A stretch of 31,772 nt of DNA from Candidatus Rifleibacteriota bacterium (lineage in GTDB: Bacteria; Muiribacteriota; Ozemobacteria; Ozemobacterales; Ozemobacteraceae): NCBI GenBank assembly GCA_051747585.1, contig JBNJGH010000031.1:1-31772 (forward strand), given 5' to 3'. Position 1 is the first letter of the stretch. Each line of letters starts with the position of its first letter. The notes beneath the pieces were generated by a model. That model worked only from the letters and a program-made list of their open reading frames with translations, ran no database searches and was not told the DNA's origin. Of the stretch, positions 1 to 8,593 are shown in pieces. The translations under genes were made by a program, and so were the position numbers.

Positions 1-605
1 GTAAAAAAGTGACTTTTTCTAAAGCCAAACTGCCCCGAACCAATTTCAAGACCCTTTTCAAAGCTGTAACCAAAGCCACCAACGCCGTCAGTGTTAAACC
101 TGAGCTTTCCCCTTTTCGGCAGGGAACTCATAAGATTAATAACGCCCCCCATACCATTGTTGCCCCATTTTGAAGCATGATTTCCTTTGTATACTTCGAC
201 TTTTTCGAAACTGTTAGAATCAAAGCTGCCAATATCGGGGCTGCCGGTAAAAGGATCGTTTATGGGAATACCATCTTTTATAACCAGAACCTTGTTGCCG
301 ACAATTCCGCCAAGTTTTGGCGAAACAACTGCGCCAGGGCCACCGGGAATAACAACACTTGTTCCGGGTAAAGAATCAAGAACTTCTGAAACAGTTATTA
401 AATTACTGAATTCAGGCTTCGATAAATCTGCATTCTGATCAGGGAAACCTTTTAATTCAAGATTCTTTTCCCATGCCGGATACTCGACATTTAACTCCGG
501 AAGCACAAAAACATTTTTGGGACCCGCATTTAAAAGGGGAAGAAAGAAGAAATTGAGAGAAACAAAAAAAAGAAAAAAACTAAACGTACTTTTATGCCTG
601 AGCAT
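1..605 (-). CDS. TonB-dependent receptor, probably cobalamin (BtuB-like); runs off the left edge
   Basis: Not in the ORF track because it has no stop in the window. Manual translation from ATG 605 (RBS GAGGTGG): MLRHKSTFSFFLFFVSLNFFFLPLLNA signal peptide, then plug-domain motifs VSEVLDSLPG, KVLVIKDGIPIND, EKVEVYKGNHASKWGNNGMGGVINL. Lies downstream of a cobalamin riboswitch. Confidence 0.85.
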   Translation of the reverse strand, partial: MLRHKSTFSFFLFFVSLNFFFLPLLNAGPKNVFVLPELNVEYPAWEKNLELKGFPDQNADLSKPEFSNLITVSEVLDSLPGTSVVIPGGPGAVVSPKLGGIVGNKVLVIKDGIPINDPFTGSPDIGSFDSNSFEKVEVYKGNHASKWGNNGMGGVINLMSSLPKRGKLRFNTDGVGGFGYSFEKGLEIGSGQFGFRKSHFF

Positions 606-649
606 GGGTACCGCCACCTCATATTAAAATTACCTGAAAATAAAATTTT

Positions 650-810
650 TCAGGCCGGCAATAAGATATTCCGACTTACGGATCAACCTTCCGTTCTGCC
701 TTCCCCTCTTCTGAGAGTGGCTTGAGAGAACGTTTGTCCCCGAACACGGCGACGGACTCGTGCAGGACTCCAACCTGCTTCCCTTTTGCCAAAAGGCATC
801 CTAGCCAATT
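650..810 (-). promoter_or_regulatory. Cobalamin riboswitch
   Basis: Minus strand reads AAAAGGGAAGCAGGTTGGAGTCCTGCACGAGTCCGTCGCCGTG...AAGCCACT...GGGAAGG...AAGTCGGAATATCTT, matching the conserved B12-element blocks in order, in the 5' UTR of a TonB-dependent receptor. Ends approximate. Confidence 0.9.
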
Positions 811-896
811 TAATTTGAAATTGCAATAATTAAATTTTTATGACAACTATATTTCCCTTTCATTCAAAAGAAATTGTTAAAACTTATAAGCCTTAA

Positions 897-1265
897 CAGA
901 AGTTCTCGGTCAAGTATTATTAGCTGGTTTTCAAAAATTATGGTTTTATTTCTTTAGTGCAAATAAAGAATTTAAACCACAGAGGAATACGAGGGCACAG
1001 AGTTGTTTTTTTAATCTTTTTCAGCCATTGTTTCCTTCTTCAGCAAGCTTTCAGAAAAGCACTCGTGTTTTTCTGAAAGCTTGCTGAAGAAGGAAAAGCC
1101 GGGCGGTGAAACCGCCGGCTATTTGTCCACAGGACAAATCCTGGCTGAAAAAGATTCTCTGTGTTCTTTGTGTGCTCTGTGGTTATTTTCTTTGTGGCTT
1201 TGAGACTTGGTGTGAGGAATATTCTTTTCGAAAACCAACTGATAGACGCTTACTGAGAATTGCTA
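897..1265 (+). mobile_element. MITE copy 1 (369 bp, non-coding)
   Basis: Imperfect terminal inverted repeats CAGAAGTTCTCGGTCA / TTACTGAGAATTGCTA; 9-bp target duplication AAGCCTTAA (888-896, 1266-1274); closely similar to 12695-13063 and 22628-22994. Confidence 0.9.
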
Positions 1266-1346
1266 AAGCCTTAACAGCGGTTTGTAAAAACCTATTATTT
1301 CAGGTTAATATTGCACTATAAATTGCTAAGGTGAGAGGTAAAAGAA

Positions 1347-1832
1347 ATGCAGACAAGCAATAAAAATACTCTGAATTTTGAAACAGCTACAACCGAGGAA
1401 ATAATAAGATTTCTGCTTTTTCAGCAAAAAACCGGCATTCTTGCGACCATAGATAATGATAAACCCTATACATCAGTTGTAGGTTTTGCCACGACCCCTG
1501 ACATTAAAGAATTGTATTTCGGCACGCCCGAAGCAACCTTAAAATATCAAAATATTCTCTCCAATCCCAATGTGGCAATGCTTATCGACAACCGCCAGAA
1601 CCTCGGCTCTGACTTCAGCAACGCTGCCGCCTTAACGGTCATGGGCACAGTAAAAAAATCCGGTGAAGAGGAAATTAATAAAGGTAGAAATTTGCTTATT
1701 AAAAGGCATCCCGAATTAAAAACTTTTTTAAATTCACCCACATGCCGCATAGTAAAGATTATGGTAAGCAAATACAGCCTGGTACTTCGATTCCAGGAAG
1801 TAAGCGAACTTGAAATTAGTGAGGATAAATGA
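1347..1832 (+). CDS. Pyridoxamine 5'-phosphate oxidase-like FMN-binding split-barrel protein
   Basis: GILATIDNDKPYTSVV, LYFGT...KYQNILSNPNVAMLID motifs; ATGA overlap with the next gene. Confidence 0.85.
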   Translation: MQTSNKNTLNFETATTEEIIRFLLFQQKTGILATIDNDKPYTSVVGFATTPDIKELYFGTPEATLKYQNILSNPNVAMLIDNRQNLGSDFSNAAALTVMGTVKKSGEEEINKGRNLLIKRHPELKTFLNSPTCRIVKIMVSKYSLVLRFQEVSELEISEDK

Positions 1833-4036
1833 AATTTATAACACCACTCGATCAGGTTAAAACAGAGGAATTATCACTGGCAGGGGGAAAAGCCGGCTCG
1901 CTTTATCGTTTACTGAAACAAGGAATTTCGATTCCTGAAAGTTATATTGTTACCAGCAATGCTTACGAAGAATTCATAAATGAAAATCATTTAAGCGGCT
2001 TGATCCAACTGGAGCTTAACCGCAAGGATCTTAACAACTGTCGCTGGGAAGAACTCTGGGACATTTCGCTGAGAATCAAAAATGCTTTTCTTAAAGCGAG
2101 CCTTAATAAAAATTTCATAAACGAACTTGAAGAACTTTATAATTCCAGACTAAGAAACTCTTATCTTGCAGCTCGCTCTTCATCGACGGTAGAAGATTCT
2201 CTGGAGAATTCTTTTGCCGGCCTGCATGAATCTTTTCTGGGAATAAACAGCCTGGAACAACTGGCAAACAAAATTAAGCTTGTATGGGCCTCTCTGTGGT
2301 CAGACGCCTCTTTAAGCTATCGCAAAGAGCTGCAGTTGAACATTAACGACAGCAGCATGGCTGTCTTATTACAAAAGCTTATCGATGGTAAAAGCTCAGG
2401 CATTGCTTTCAGCAGGCATCCTTCCGAACCCGAGAACAGCGTTATTGAAGCTGCATATGGAATAAATCAGGCTGTTGTAGACGGAAGTGTTGAACCAGAA
2501 AGGTGGATAATTTCTCGAGCAAAAGAAGAAATTATCAAACGAACATCCTCACAGCGAAATAAAAAAATGGTGATCGGCAAAAATGGACTGGAACTTGTAA
2601 ACACAGATAGATCTGAACAAGAACAACCTCCGTTAAGCAATAAGGAGGCGATAAAAGTCTACCAATTAAGCAGAAAAGCGGAAAGTTTTTACCAGACACC
2701 GCAGGATGTCGAGTGGACTATCAAAGAAAATCGGATTACTCTGCTGCAATCACGCCCAATAACCGTAAAGAAAAAAATTGATCCGAAAACTAATAGAAGA
2801 GATTGGGATTTATCGCTGAAAAGAAGTTTCAATAATTTACTGGACCTTCAAAGCAAAATAAAAGTTTATTTACAAAATATGGCTGACGAAGCAAAAAAAC
2901 TTAAGAACAGGAATCTTAAGTTGCTATCTGACAAAGAGCTGACAGAAAAATACAATTGCGCTTCCCGGGCCCTCGATTACTGGACTGACATCTACTGGGA
3001 AACTTTTATACCTTATGGGCACGGAATGCGATTATTCGGACAGGTTTATAATGAAGTTATCTGCCCCGAAGATCCTTACGAATTCATAACTCTGCTCCAA
3101 AAAGACGCAAATCTTGCAACCCGCAGAAACAACGAACTGCAAAAGCTTTCACAGCTGATTCTCTCTAATAAAAAGAATCCTGAGCTTATCAAAAAAAATG
3201 AGCTGAACAAGCTGCCTTCCCAGGTAAAAGCACAAATCAGAAAAATTGTCGATGATTTTGCCATGCCATCGATTCTATTGAATCTAGACAATAATGATAA
3301 CTATACCAGAAAGTTTTTTGATTTTATCGTTGGGCGTTTTGCTCAATACAAAGACAGGGATTCAAAGTCCACAAAAGATATTAAAAAGCTTGAAAAGCAG
3401 TTTATCGAAAAATTCCCGGAAGGGGAAAAAAGGATATGGGCTTGCGATTTACTTGAGCTTGGCCGACACAGCTTTCTAATGCGTGATGATGACAATGTTT
3501 TTCTAAATCGTTTTAAAGACATTAAAAGTTCGATTTTGGATGAAATTAAACACAGATTAGCCAGGAAACACAATAAAGATTTCAAGGATTACACAGAAAA
3601 ACAGTTGCTGCAAAAGTTTGAAAACCCTGAATTCCAACCACCAGAAAAAGCGCTGGCTTCATGCCGGAACCTCAAAAAGAGAAACGCCTACAGGACACGA
3701 AAAAGACAGGTTACAGGGCAGCCGGCCTGCCCCGGGTATATAAGCGGGACAGCCCGACTGATAAAAAACGCCGACGACCTTTTCAACCTGAAAGAAGGAG
3801 AGATCTTAGTCTGTGATTCCATCGGACCAGAAATGACTTTCGCCGTGCCACTCGCCGGAGGCATAATTGAAAGACGCGGCGGAATGCTGATTCACGGAGC
3901 AATCATAGCCCGAGAATATGGAATTCCCTGTGTAACTGGAGTGGCAGATGCCACCAGCATTATAAAAACCGGAGACAAAGTCTGGATAGATGGTTATCTG
4001 GGCATTGCAAGCATTTTACTTCAACCAGAAAAATAA
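1829..4036 (+). CDS. PEP-synthase/PPDK-related phosphotransferase with rifampin-phosphotransferase-like domain order
   Basis: N-terminal ATP-grasp (AGGKAGSL, ARSSSTVEDS..SFAGLHES, PQDVEW, LLQSRPIT); unassigned helical middle region; C-terminal His-swivel domain (GGMLIHGAIIAREYGIPCV); no pyruvate-binding barrel. Confidence 0.85.
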   Translation: MKFITPLDQVKTEELSLAGGKAGSLYRLLKQGISIPESYIVTSNAYEEFINENHLSGLIQLELNRKDLNNCRWEELWDISLRIKNAFLKASLNKNFINELEELYNSRLRNSYLAARSSSTVEDSLENSFAGLHESFLGINSLEQLANKIKLVWASLWSDASLSYRKELQLNINDSSMAVLLQKLIDGKSSGIAFSRHPSEPENSVIEAAYGINQAVVDGSVEPERWIISRAKEEIIKRTSSQRNKKMVIGKNGLELVNTDRSEQEQPPLSNKEAIKVYQLSRKAESFYQTPQDVEWTIKENRITLLQSRPITVKKKIDPKTNRRDWDLSLKRSFNNLLDLQSKIKVYLQNMADEAKKLKNRNLKLLSDKELTEKYNCASRALDYWTDIYWETFIPYGHGMRLFGQVYNEVICPEDPYEFITLLQKDANLATRRNNELQKLSQLILSNKKNPELIKKNELNKLPSQVKAQIRKIVDDFAMPSILLNLDNNDNYTRKFFDFIVGRFAQYKDRDSKSTKDIKKLEKQFIEKFPEGEKRIWACDLLELGRHSFLMRDDDNVFLNRFKDIKSSILDEIKHRLARKHNKDFKDYTEKQLLQKFENPEFQPPEKALASCRNLKKRNAYRTRKRQVTGQPACPGYISGTARLIKNADDLFNLKEGEILVCDSIGPEMTFAVPLAGGIIERRGGMLIHGAIIAREYGIPCVTGVADATSIIKTGDKVWIDGYLGIASILLQPEK

Positions 4037-4117
4037 TTTTTTTGCTGAATTCATAGCAACCCTGTTAGACAATTAGCACAACACCAGGGACATAGATCCT
4101 GCGCCCTTCAGCCTGGT

Positions 4118-4684
4118 TCAGCAACGAAATTTAGAAGACTCAAAGGAATGAATCGTTTCGATGTAGGTGCCGGTCCATCGGGTAAATCTCAATTGAACTC
4201 CGAGTAAAGTGCGTTTTTTTTCTAAAGAAAAATCTATATTGTTATCCCAGTTTTTATGACGTTGATCGAGTGACATACCAGGGAAACAAGTCACATGGGG
4301 CGGCCATTCATTTAAGGGTTCATGATTGAGATAAAGCTTTTCGAGAGGACGGGTGAGCTTACTGTGCAATCGCATGATCCCGTCTTTTTTCTTAGCTTGT
4401 AATGAAACAGTGCAGAAATCATTCAATTCATTAACATATTCAACCGGTGAATCAACAAGGACCTCTACGGGCAAACCCTGCCTCACTATTTCAGCGGTTT
4501 CACTTATGAGAGTATCATAATGACTTTCATCACATTGAAAATATTGAATCGTCAAATGATGCTCAATCTTGGGGAACTTTTTCCCGGGACAGTAGCTGGC
4601 ATAAATCTTTCTTGAAATTTTTTCAAGAAAGAGGCTGGATTCCCGATCAAAAAACAATACAAAAAAATGCCGCATAGGTAACAT
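4118..4684 (-). CDS. 2H phosphoesterase (2'-5' RNA ligase superfamily)
   Basis: Two HxT motifs (HHLTIQY, PPHVTCF) about 87 aa apart in a 188-aa protein. Confidence 0.8.
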   Translation of the reverse strand: MLPMRHFFVLFFDRESSLFLEKISRKIYASYCPGKKFPKIEHHLTIQYFQCDESHYDTLISETAEIVRQGLPVEVLVDSPVEYVNELNDFCTVSLQAKKKDGIMRLHSKLTRPLEKLYLNHEPLNEWPPHVTCFPGMSLDQRHKNWDNNIDFSLEKKRTLLGVQLRFTRWTGTYIETIHSFESSKFRC

Positions 4685-4824
4685 GATTGCAGTTTATACC
4701 CTTAATACAAATAAATTGCAAGAAGTCTGGAATCTGGCAGCCAATCTGAATTTTAAAAAGGCTCATTGTTAAATTTCAAAAATCATTTATCATTGAAAGC
4801 ATACCAGCGAGAGTGGAGAGATTT

Positions 4825-6645
4825 ATGAAAGTATTGGAAAAAACCCCCGAAATTCTTAAAGAAGCCTATGAAGCATTTGACACCAACCCGTTCTTCGAAC
4901 CTCTTACAGACGATCAACGTGACAAGGTTATCAGCAAAGCAGGCACTATAGAGTCGTATTCCGACGATGAATACATTGTCAAAGCCGGTGATACAGGGGA
5001 TTTTCTTTTTGTTATTATATCAGGCCAGGTTGCAATAGTTGTAGAAGAAGAAGAGATAAAAATGGAAGTAGCCAGGTTTGAGCGCTCGCAGATGGTAGGA
5101 GAAATTGCGGTAATTCTCAATGAAAAAAGAACCGCATCCTGCGTCGCCCGTGGTGAAACCATGATCTTAAAGCTGGCCCAGGAAGTTTTTCGCAAAGTCA
5201 TAGCAGCCATACCGGATGCCGGCATGTCAATGATCAGAATACTTGCCGAACGGGTAAAGAAATCAACAAGAGCACCTGTTCACCAGGAATTTCGCAGCAA
5301 TGCTCCGATACCACCAAGTGAAATACTTCGCCTGTTACCGATCGCCTTTATGCATCGTCACAGAGTCTTACCGGTAAAAAAGCAGGCAAACAATCTATTG
5401 TTAGGCTATTGCGAAAAAATGGATGACAGTCTTCTTGGGGCGATACAGAAACTCGTTCCTTCGATGCGGATTGTGCCTGTTGCAGTTGATGCCGAGTATT
5501 TTCAGAAAGTAATGCAAAATTATGCCGGCGAAGCAGCAGAAATTGGCAAACCCCTCGCAGAAGGCACCGGCACCAAGAACATCGACGAACTTCTTAAAAG
5601 GTTAGTGCAGGAAGGCGGCTCTGACCTTCACCTGTCTGCCGGACAAATTCCCAGATGGAGAATCGACGGGCACATTATTCCGATTAAAGGGCTGAAAAAG
5701 CTCGCTCCCGAAGAAGTTTTTCAACTCTTAAAACCGATAATGCGTGCTGAACTTGTTGATCAATTTGCAGATAGCGGTGACGCAGATTTTGGCTATACAA
5801 TGGACAAGCACTCAAGGTTTCGCATAAACCTCCTCAGAGACCATAAAGGCGTAAGCGCAGTTTTCAGACATATTCCCAATACTATTTTTACCCTGGATGA
5901 ACTGGGCATGCCACCGGTTTTAAAACGGTGGGCAGAATCTCCCAAAGGTTTGGTGCTGGTTACAGGTCCGACCGGCAGCGGAAAAAGTACAACCCTCGCT
6001 GCAATGGTAGACCATATAAACCGAAACCGCGAAAGCCACATTCTCACAATAGAGGATCCGGTCGAGTTTGTTCATGAAAGCCGCAAATCGCTGGTAAATC
6101 AGCGCGAAGTAGGCCCACACACCCAATCTTTTGCCAGAGCCCTCAAGGCAGCCTTGCGCGAAGACCCTGACGTAGTGCTGGTTGGCGAAATGCGCGATCT
6201 CGAAACTATTTCGATGGCACTGGAAACAGCGAACACAGGACATCTTGTTCTTGCCACTCTTCATACCGCGACTGCCATAAGCACAGTTAACCGAATTGTA
6301 GACATGTTTCCCGCAGAATCGCAAGAACAGATCAGAAGTGGCCTTGCCGACAATCTGCTGGGTGTTTGTTGCCAGACTCTGTGCCAGAAAATTGGCGGAG
6401 GCCGAGTTCCCGCCCTTGAAATCATGGTTTTAAACTATGCAATGGGCAACATGATCAGAGAAGGCAGAACTCACATGCTTGAATCTTCTATGACTACGGG
6501 GCAGAGCCTCGGCAACCAGCTACTGAATGATCATCTTGTCAAACTCGTACGAACGCGAAAAATAACAACCGAAGAAGCTCTGAGCATAACTATGGACAAA
6601 CCTGACCTGAACCGGCGTCTCGGGATAGAAAAACAAAAGCGATAA
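4825..6645 (+). CDS. pilT: Type IV pilus retraction ATPase PilT fused to N-terminal cNMP-binding and T2SSE_N domains
   Basis: cNMP domain (GEIAVILNEKRTAS); LLPIAFMHRHRVLPV segment like PilB/GspE N1D; PilT core GSDLHLSAG, GPTGSGKST, TIEDPVE, AALREDPDVVLVGEMRD, TLHT, and AMGNMIRE (AIRNLIRE-like). ATG 4825 preferred over GTG 4813 because of the GGAG RBS. Confidence 0.9.
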   Translation: MKVLEKTPEILKEAYEAFDTNPFFEPLTDDQRDKVISKAGTIESYSDDEYIVKAGDTGDFLFVIISGQVAIVVEEEEIKMEVARFERSQMVGEIAVILNEKRTASCVARGETMILKLAQEVFRKVIAAIPDAGMSMIRILAERVKKSTRAPVHQEFRSNAPIPPSEILRLLPIAFMHRHRVLPVKKQANNLLLGYCEKMDDSLLGAIQKLVPSMRIVPVAVDAEYFQKVMQNYAGEAAEIGKPLAEGTGTKNIDELLKRLVQEGGSDLHLSAGQIPRWRIDGHIIPIKGLKKLAPEEVFQLLKPIMRAELVDQFADSGDADFGYTMDKHSRFRINLLRDHKGVSAVFRHIPNTIFTLDELGMPPVLKRWAESPKGLVLVTGPTGSGKSTTLAAMVDHINRNRESHILTIEDPVEFVHESRKSLVNQREVGPHTQSFARALKAALREDPDVVLVGEMRDLETISMALETANTGHLVLATLHTATAISTVNRIVDMFPAESQEQIRSGLADNLLGVCCQTLCQKIGGGRVPALEIMVLNYAMGNMIREGRTHMLESSMTTGQSLGNQLLNDHLVKLVRTRKITTEEALSITMDKPDLNRRLGIEKQKR

Positions 6646-6738
6646 AAAGCCGGACGGTGAAACCGCCGGCTGATTGTCCAAAGGACAATCTATGGCTGAA
6701 AAAAAATTCTCTGTGCTCCTCTGAGGGCTCTGTGGTTA
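6646..6738 (+). repeat. MITE remnant A (two small hairpins plus right inner arms), between convergent pilT and ettA
   Basis: AAAGCCGGACGGTGAAACCGCCGGCT-GATTGTCCAAAGGACAATC-TGGCTGAAAAA-CTCTGTG...CTCTGTGGTTA is colinear with 1095-1185 of copy 1. Confidence 0.85.
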
Positions 6739-6744
6739 ATTATT

Positions 6745-8409
6745 TTACAAAGAGAACTTTCTGAATTTTGCCCTGCGATTCTGATTAGCTGCACCGGATT
6801 TTTTGAGGCAGAGTTCTTCATAATCTTCGAAGTTGCCTTCAAACCAGCGAACTTTGGCGTTACCCTCAAAAACCAGCAGATGAGTGCAAACACGATTCAA
6901 AAAGAAACGATCATGGCTTATTACCAGTGCGCAGCCACTGAAATCGCTGATTGCGTCTTCAAGCAATCGTAAGGTAGCAACATCAAGATCATTGGTCGGC
7001 TCATCCAGCATTAAAAGATTGCCACCGGATTTAACAATTTTGGCAAGATGGACCCGATTTCTTTCACCACCAGACAAAACTCCGACTTTTTTCTGCTGAT
7101 CAGAACCCTTGAAACCAAAGCGACCACAATAAGCTCTTGAATTTATTCGATTAGAGCCAAACTGAATTTCATCCAGACCGTCGCTTATTTCGTCAAAAAC
7201 GGTCTTCTCACTTTCGAGTATAGTGCGATGCTGATCTATCCAGGCCAGTTTAACTGTCGGACCAACTATAACCTCACCTGAATCTGGTGTTTCAACTCCA
7301 CCAATCATTCTAAACATTGTAGTTTTGCCGGCTCCGTTGGGTCCTATGATTCCGACTACCGCTCCTCTGGGCAAAGAAAAAGAAACATCATCTAAAATTA
7401 GATTATCGCCATAAGCTTTACTTACGTTTTTGAACTCAACTACCTGGTCGCCCAAATGCTCTGCAGACGCAATCTGAATCACATTTTCTTCTCTATCTGA
7501 ATGATTGCGGGCAACTATTTCTTCGTATTTTTCAATACGATTTCTGTGCAGCTCGCGGCGGTCTCCAGTATTCATTTTGATCCATTTCAGTTCGCGCTCA
7601 ATCGATTTACGGCGGGCAGAATTTTTCTTTTCATCAGCAGCAAGAATTTCCAGTTTTTGCGCCAGCCATGAAGTATAATTACCTTCAAATGGTATTCCCT
7701 CACCTTTTTCGAGTTCAAGAATCCATTTGGTAATATTGTCGAGAAAATAGCGATCATGGGTAGAAATAAGAACAGTTCCCGGATAATCTTTAAGATAGTT
7801 TTCAAGCCAGGCAACAGTCTGAGCATCAAGGTGGTTGGTAGGCTCATCGAGCAACAGCAGATCAGGCTTTTCGAGCAGCGCCCGGCATAAAGCCACCCTT
7901 CTTTTTTCTCCTCCCGATAAATTGTCTACTATAGCATCATCGGGCGGTAAGACCAGAGCGTTGGCCGCCACGTTCAGGCTTGTTTCTATATCCCAGCCAT
8001 CGCAGGCATCAATTTCATCCTGCAGCTTGCTCATCTTGTCCATGGCTTTGTCCATTTCATCGCCTTCCATGTCGCCCATGTCCATTGTCAGCTTTTCATA
8101 TTCCTCTATTTTTGCCAGCGTATCGGCAAAAGCAAGTTCAATATTCTGCTTTACAGTTTTGCCTTCTTCGAGGGTTGGCTCCTGGGGGACGAAGCCCACC
8201 CGAAAACCCGGGCAAAGATCAGCCTGCCCACGGAATTCCTTATCGAGGCCGGCCATAATCTTAAGAACAGTGCTTTTTCCGGCTCCGTTTTCTCCAACAA
8301 TTCCTATTTTAGCTCCGGGAAAAAAGCAGAGATTAATATCTTTTAAAACCTGTCGGGTTCCATAAAACTTGTTCAAACCAAGCATAGTGAAAATATATTT
8401 ATCAGCCAT
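6745..8409 (-). CDS. ettA: Energy-dependent translational throttle ABC-F ATPase EttA
   Basis: 554 aa; YIFTM..LNK, FFPGAKIGIVGENGAGKST, LSGGEKRRVALC, DQQKKVGVLSGGERNRVHLAK; no TM segments. Confidence 0.92.
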   Translation of the reverse strand: MADKYIFTMLGLNKFYGTRQVLKDINLCFFPGAKIGIVGENGAGKSTVLKIMAGLDKEFRGQADLCPGFRVGFVPQEPTLEEGKTVKQNIELAFADTLAKIEEYEKLTMDMGDMEGDEMDKAMDKMSKLQDEIDACDGWDIETSLNVAANALVLPPDDAIVDNLSGGEKRRVALCRALLEKPDLLLLDEPTNHLDAQTVAWLENYLKDYPGTVLISTHDRYFLDNITKWILELEKGEGIPFEGNYTSWLAQKLEILAADEKKNSARRKSIERELKWIKMNTGDRRELHRNRIEKYEEIVARNHSDREENVIQIASAEHLGDQVVEFKNVSKAYGDNLILDDVSFSLPRGAVVGIIGPNGAGKTTMFRMIGGVETPDSGEVIVGPTVKLAWIDQHRTILESEKTVFDEISDGLDEIQFGSNRINSRAYCGRFGFKGSDQQKKVGVLSGGERNRVHLAKIVKSGGNLLMLDEPTNDLDVATLRLLEDAISDFSGCALVISHDRFFLNRVCTHLLVFEGNAKVRWFEGNFEDYEELCLKKSGAANQNRRAKFRKFSL

Positions 8410-8509
8410 CTAACTAACTCCAATTTATCATTTGTGCTGATACTACTTAATCTTCCCGGGAAAATCAAACCCTGCCGAAAGCAGCCAATAATTTATTTTT
8501 GCCAATTAA

Positions 8510-8592
8510 CTTTGTGACTTTGAGGCCTGGTGTGAGGCTTTTCTTTTGTTTGATTTTGAAACAGGCCGATAATAGTTGACCGAGTACTGCTA
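8510..8592 (+). repeat. MITE remnant B (diverged right end with terminal repeat)
   Basis: CTTTGTGACTTTGAGGCCTGGTGTGAGG resembles CTTTGTGGCTTTGAGACTTGGTGTGAGG of the full copies; ends TTGACCGAGTACTGCTA, like the TIR. Confidence 0.7.
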
Positions 8593-8593
8593 A

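Noticed and set aside
177..438. Two short plus-strand ORFs
   Set aside because: Antisense to the TonB-dependent receptor, which has clear family motifs.
897..1265. Repeats as a CRISPR array, integron attC sites or an autonomous IS
   Set aside because: Copies are dispersed about 10-12 kb apart without spacers; no cas, integrase or transposase gene is present; TIRs with 9-bp duplications fit a MITE.
1106..1321. 71-aa ORF (ILCVLCVLCG), and similar ORFs 12681-12950 and 6690-6893
   Set aside because: Translations of MITE sequence or antisense to ettA; no RBS, and reading frames are not conserved between copies.
1829..4036. Calling this ppsA or rph
   Set aside because: It lacks the pyruvate-binding domain of PpsA, and I cannot match the middle domain to the rifampin-binding domain by eye.
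4118..6645. Anti-phage (CBASS/Pycsar-like) reading of the cNMP domain, 2H enzyme and PLD
   Set aside because: No cyclase in the window, the genes are not clustered as an island, and the PLD has a signal peptide and lies over 16 kb away.
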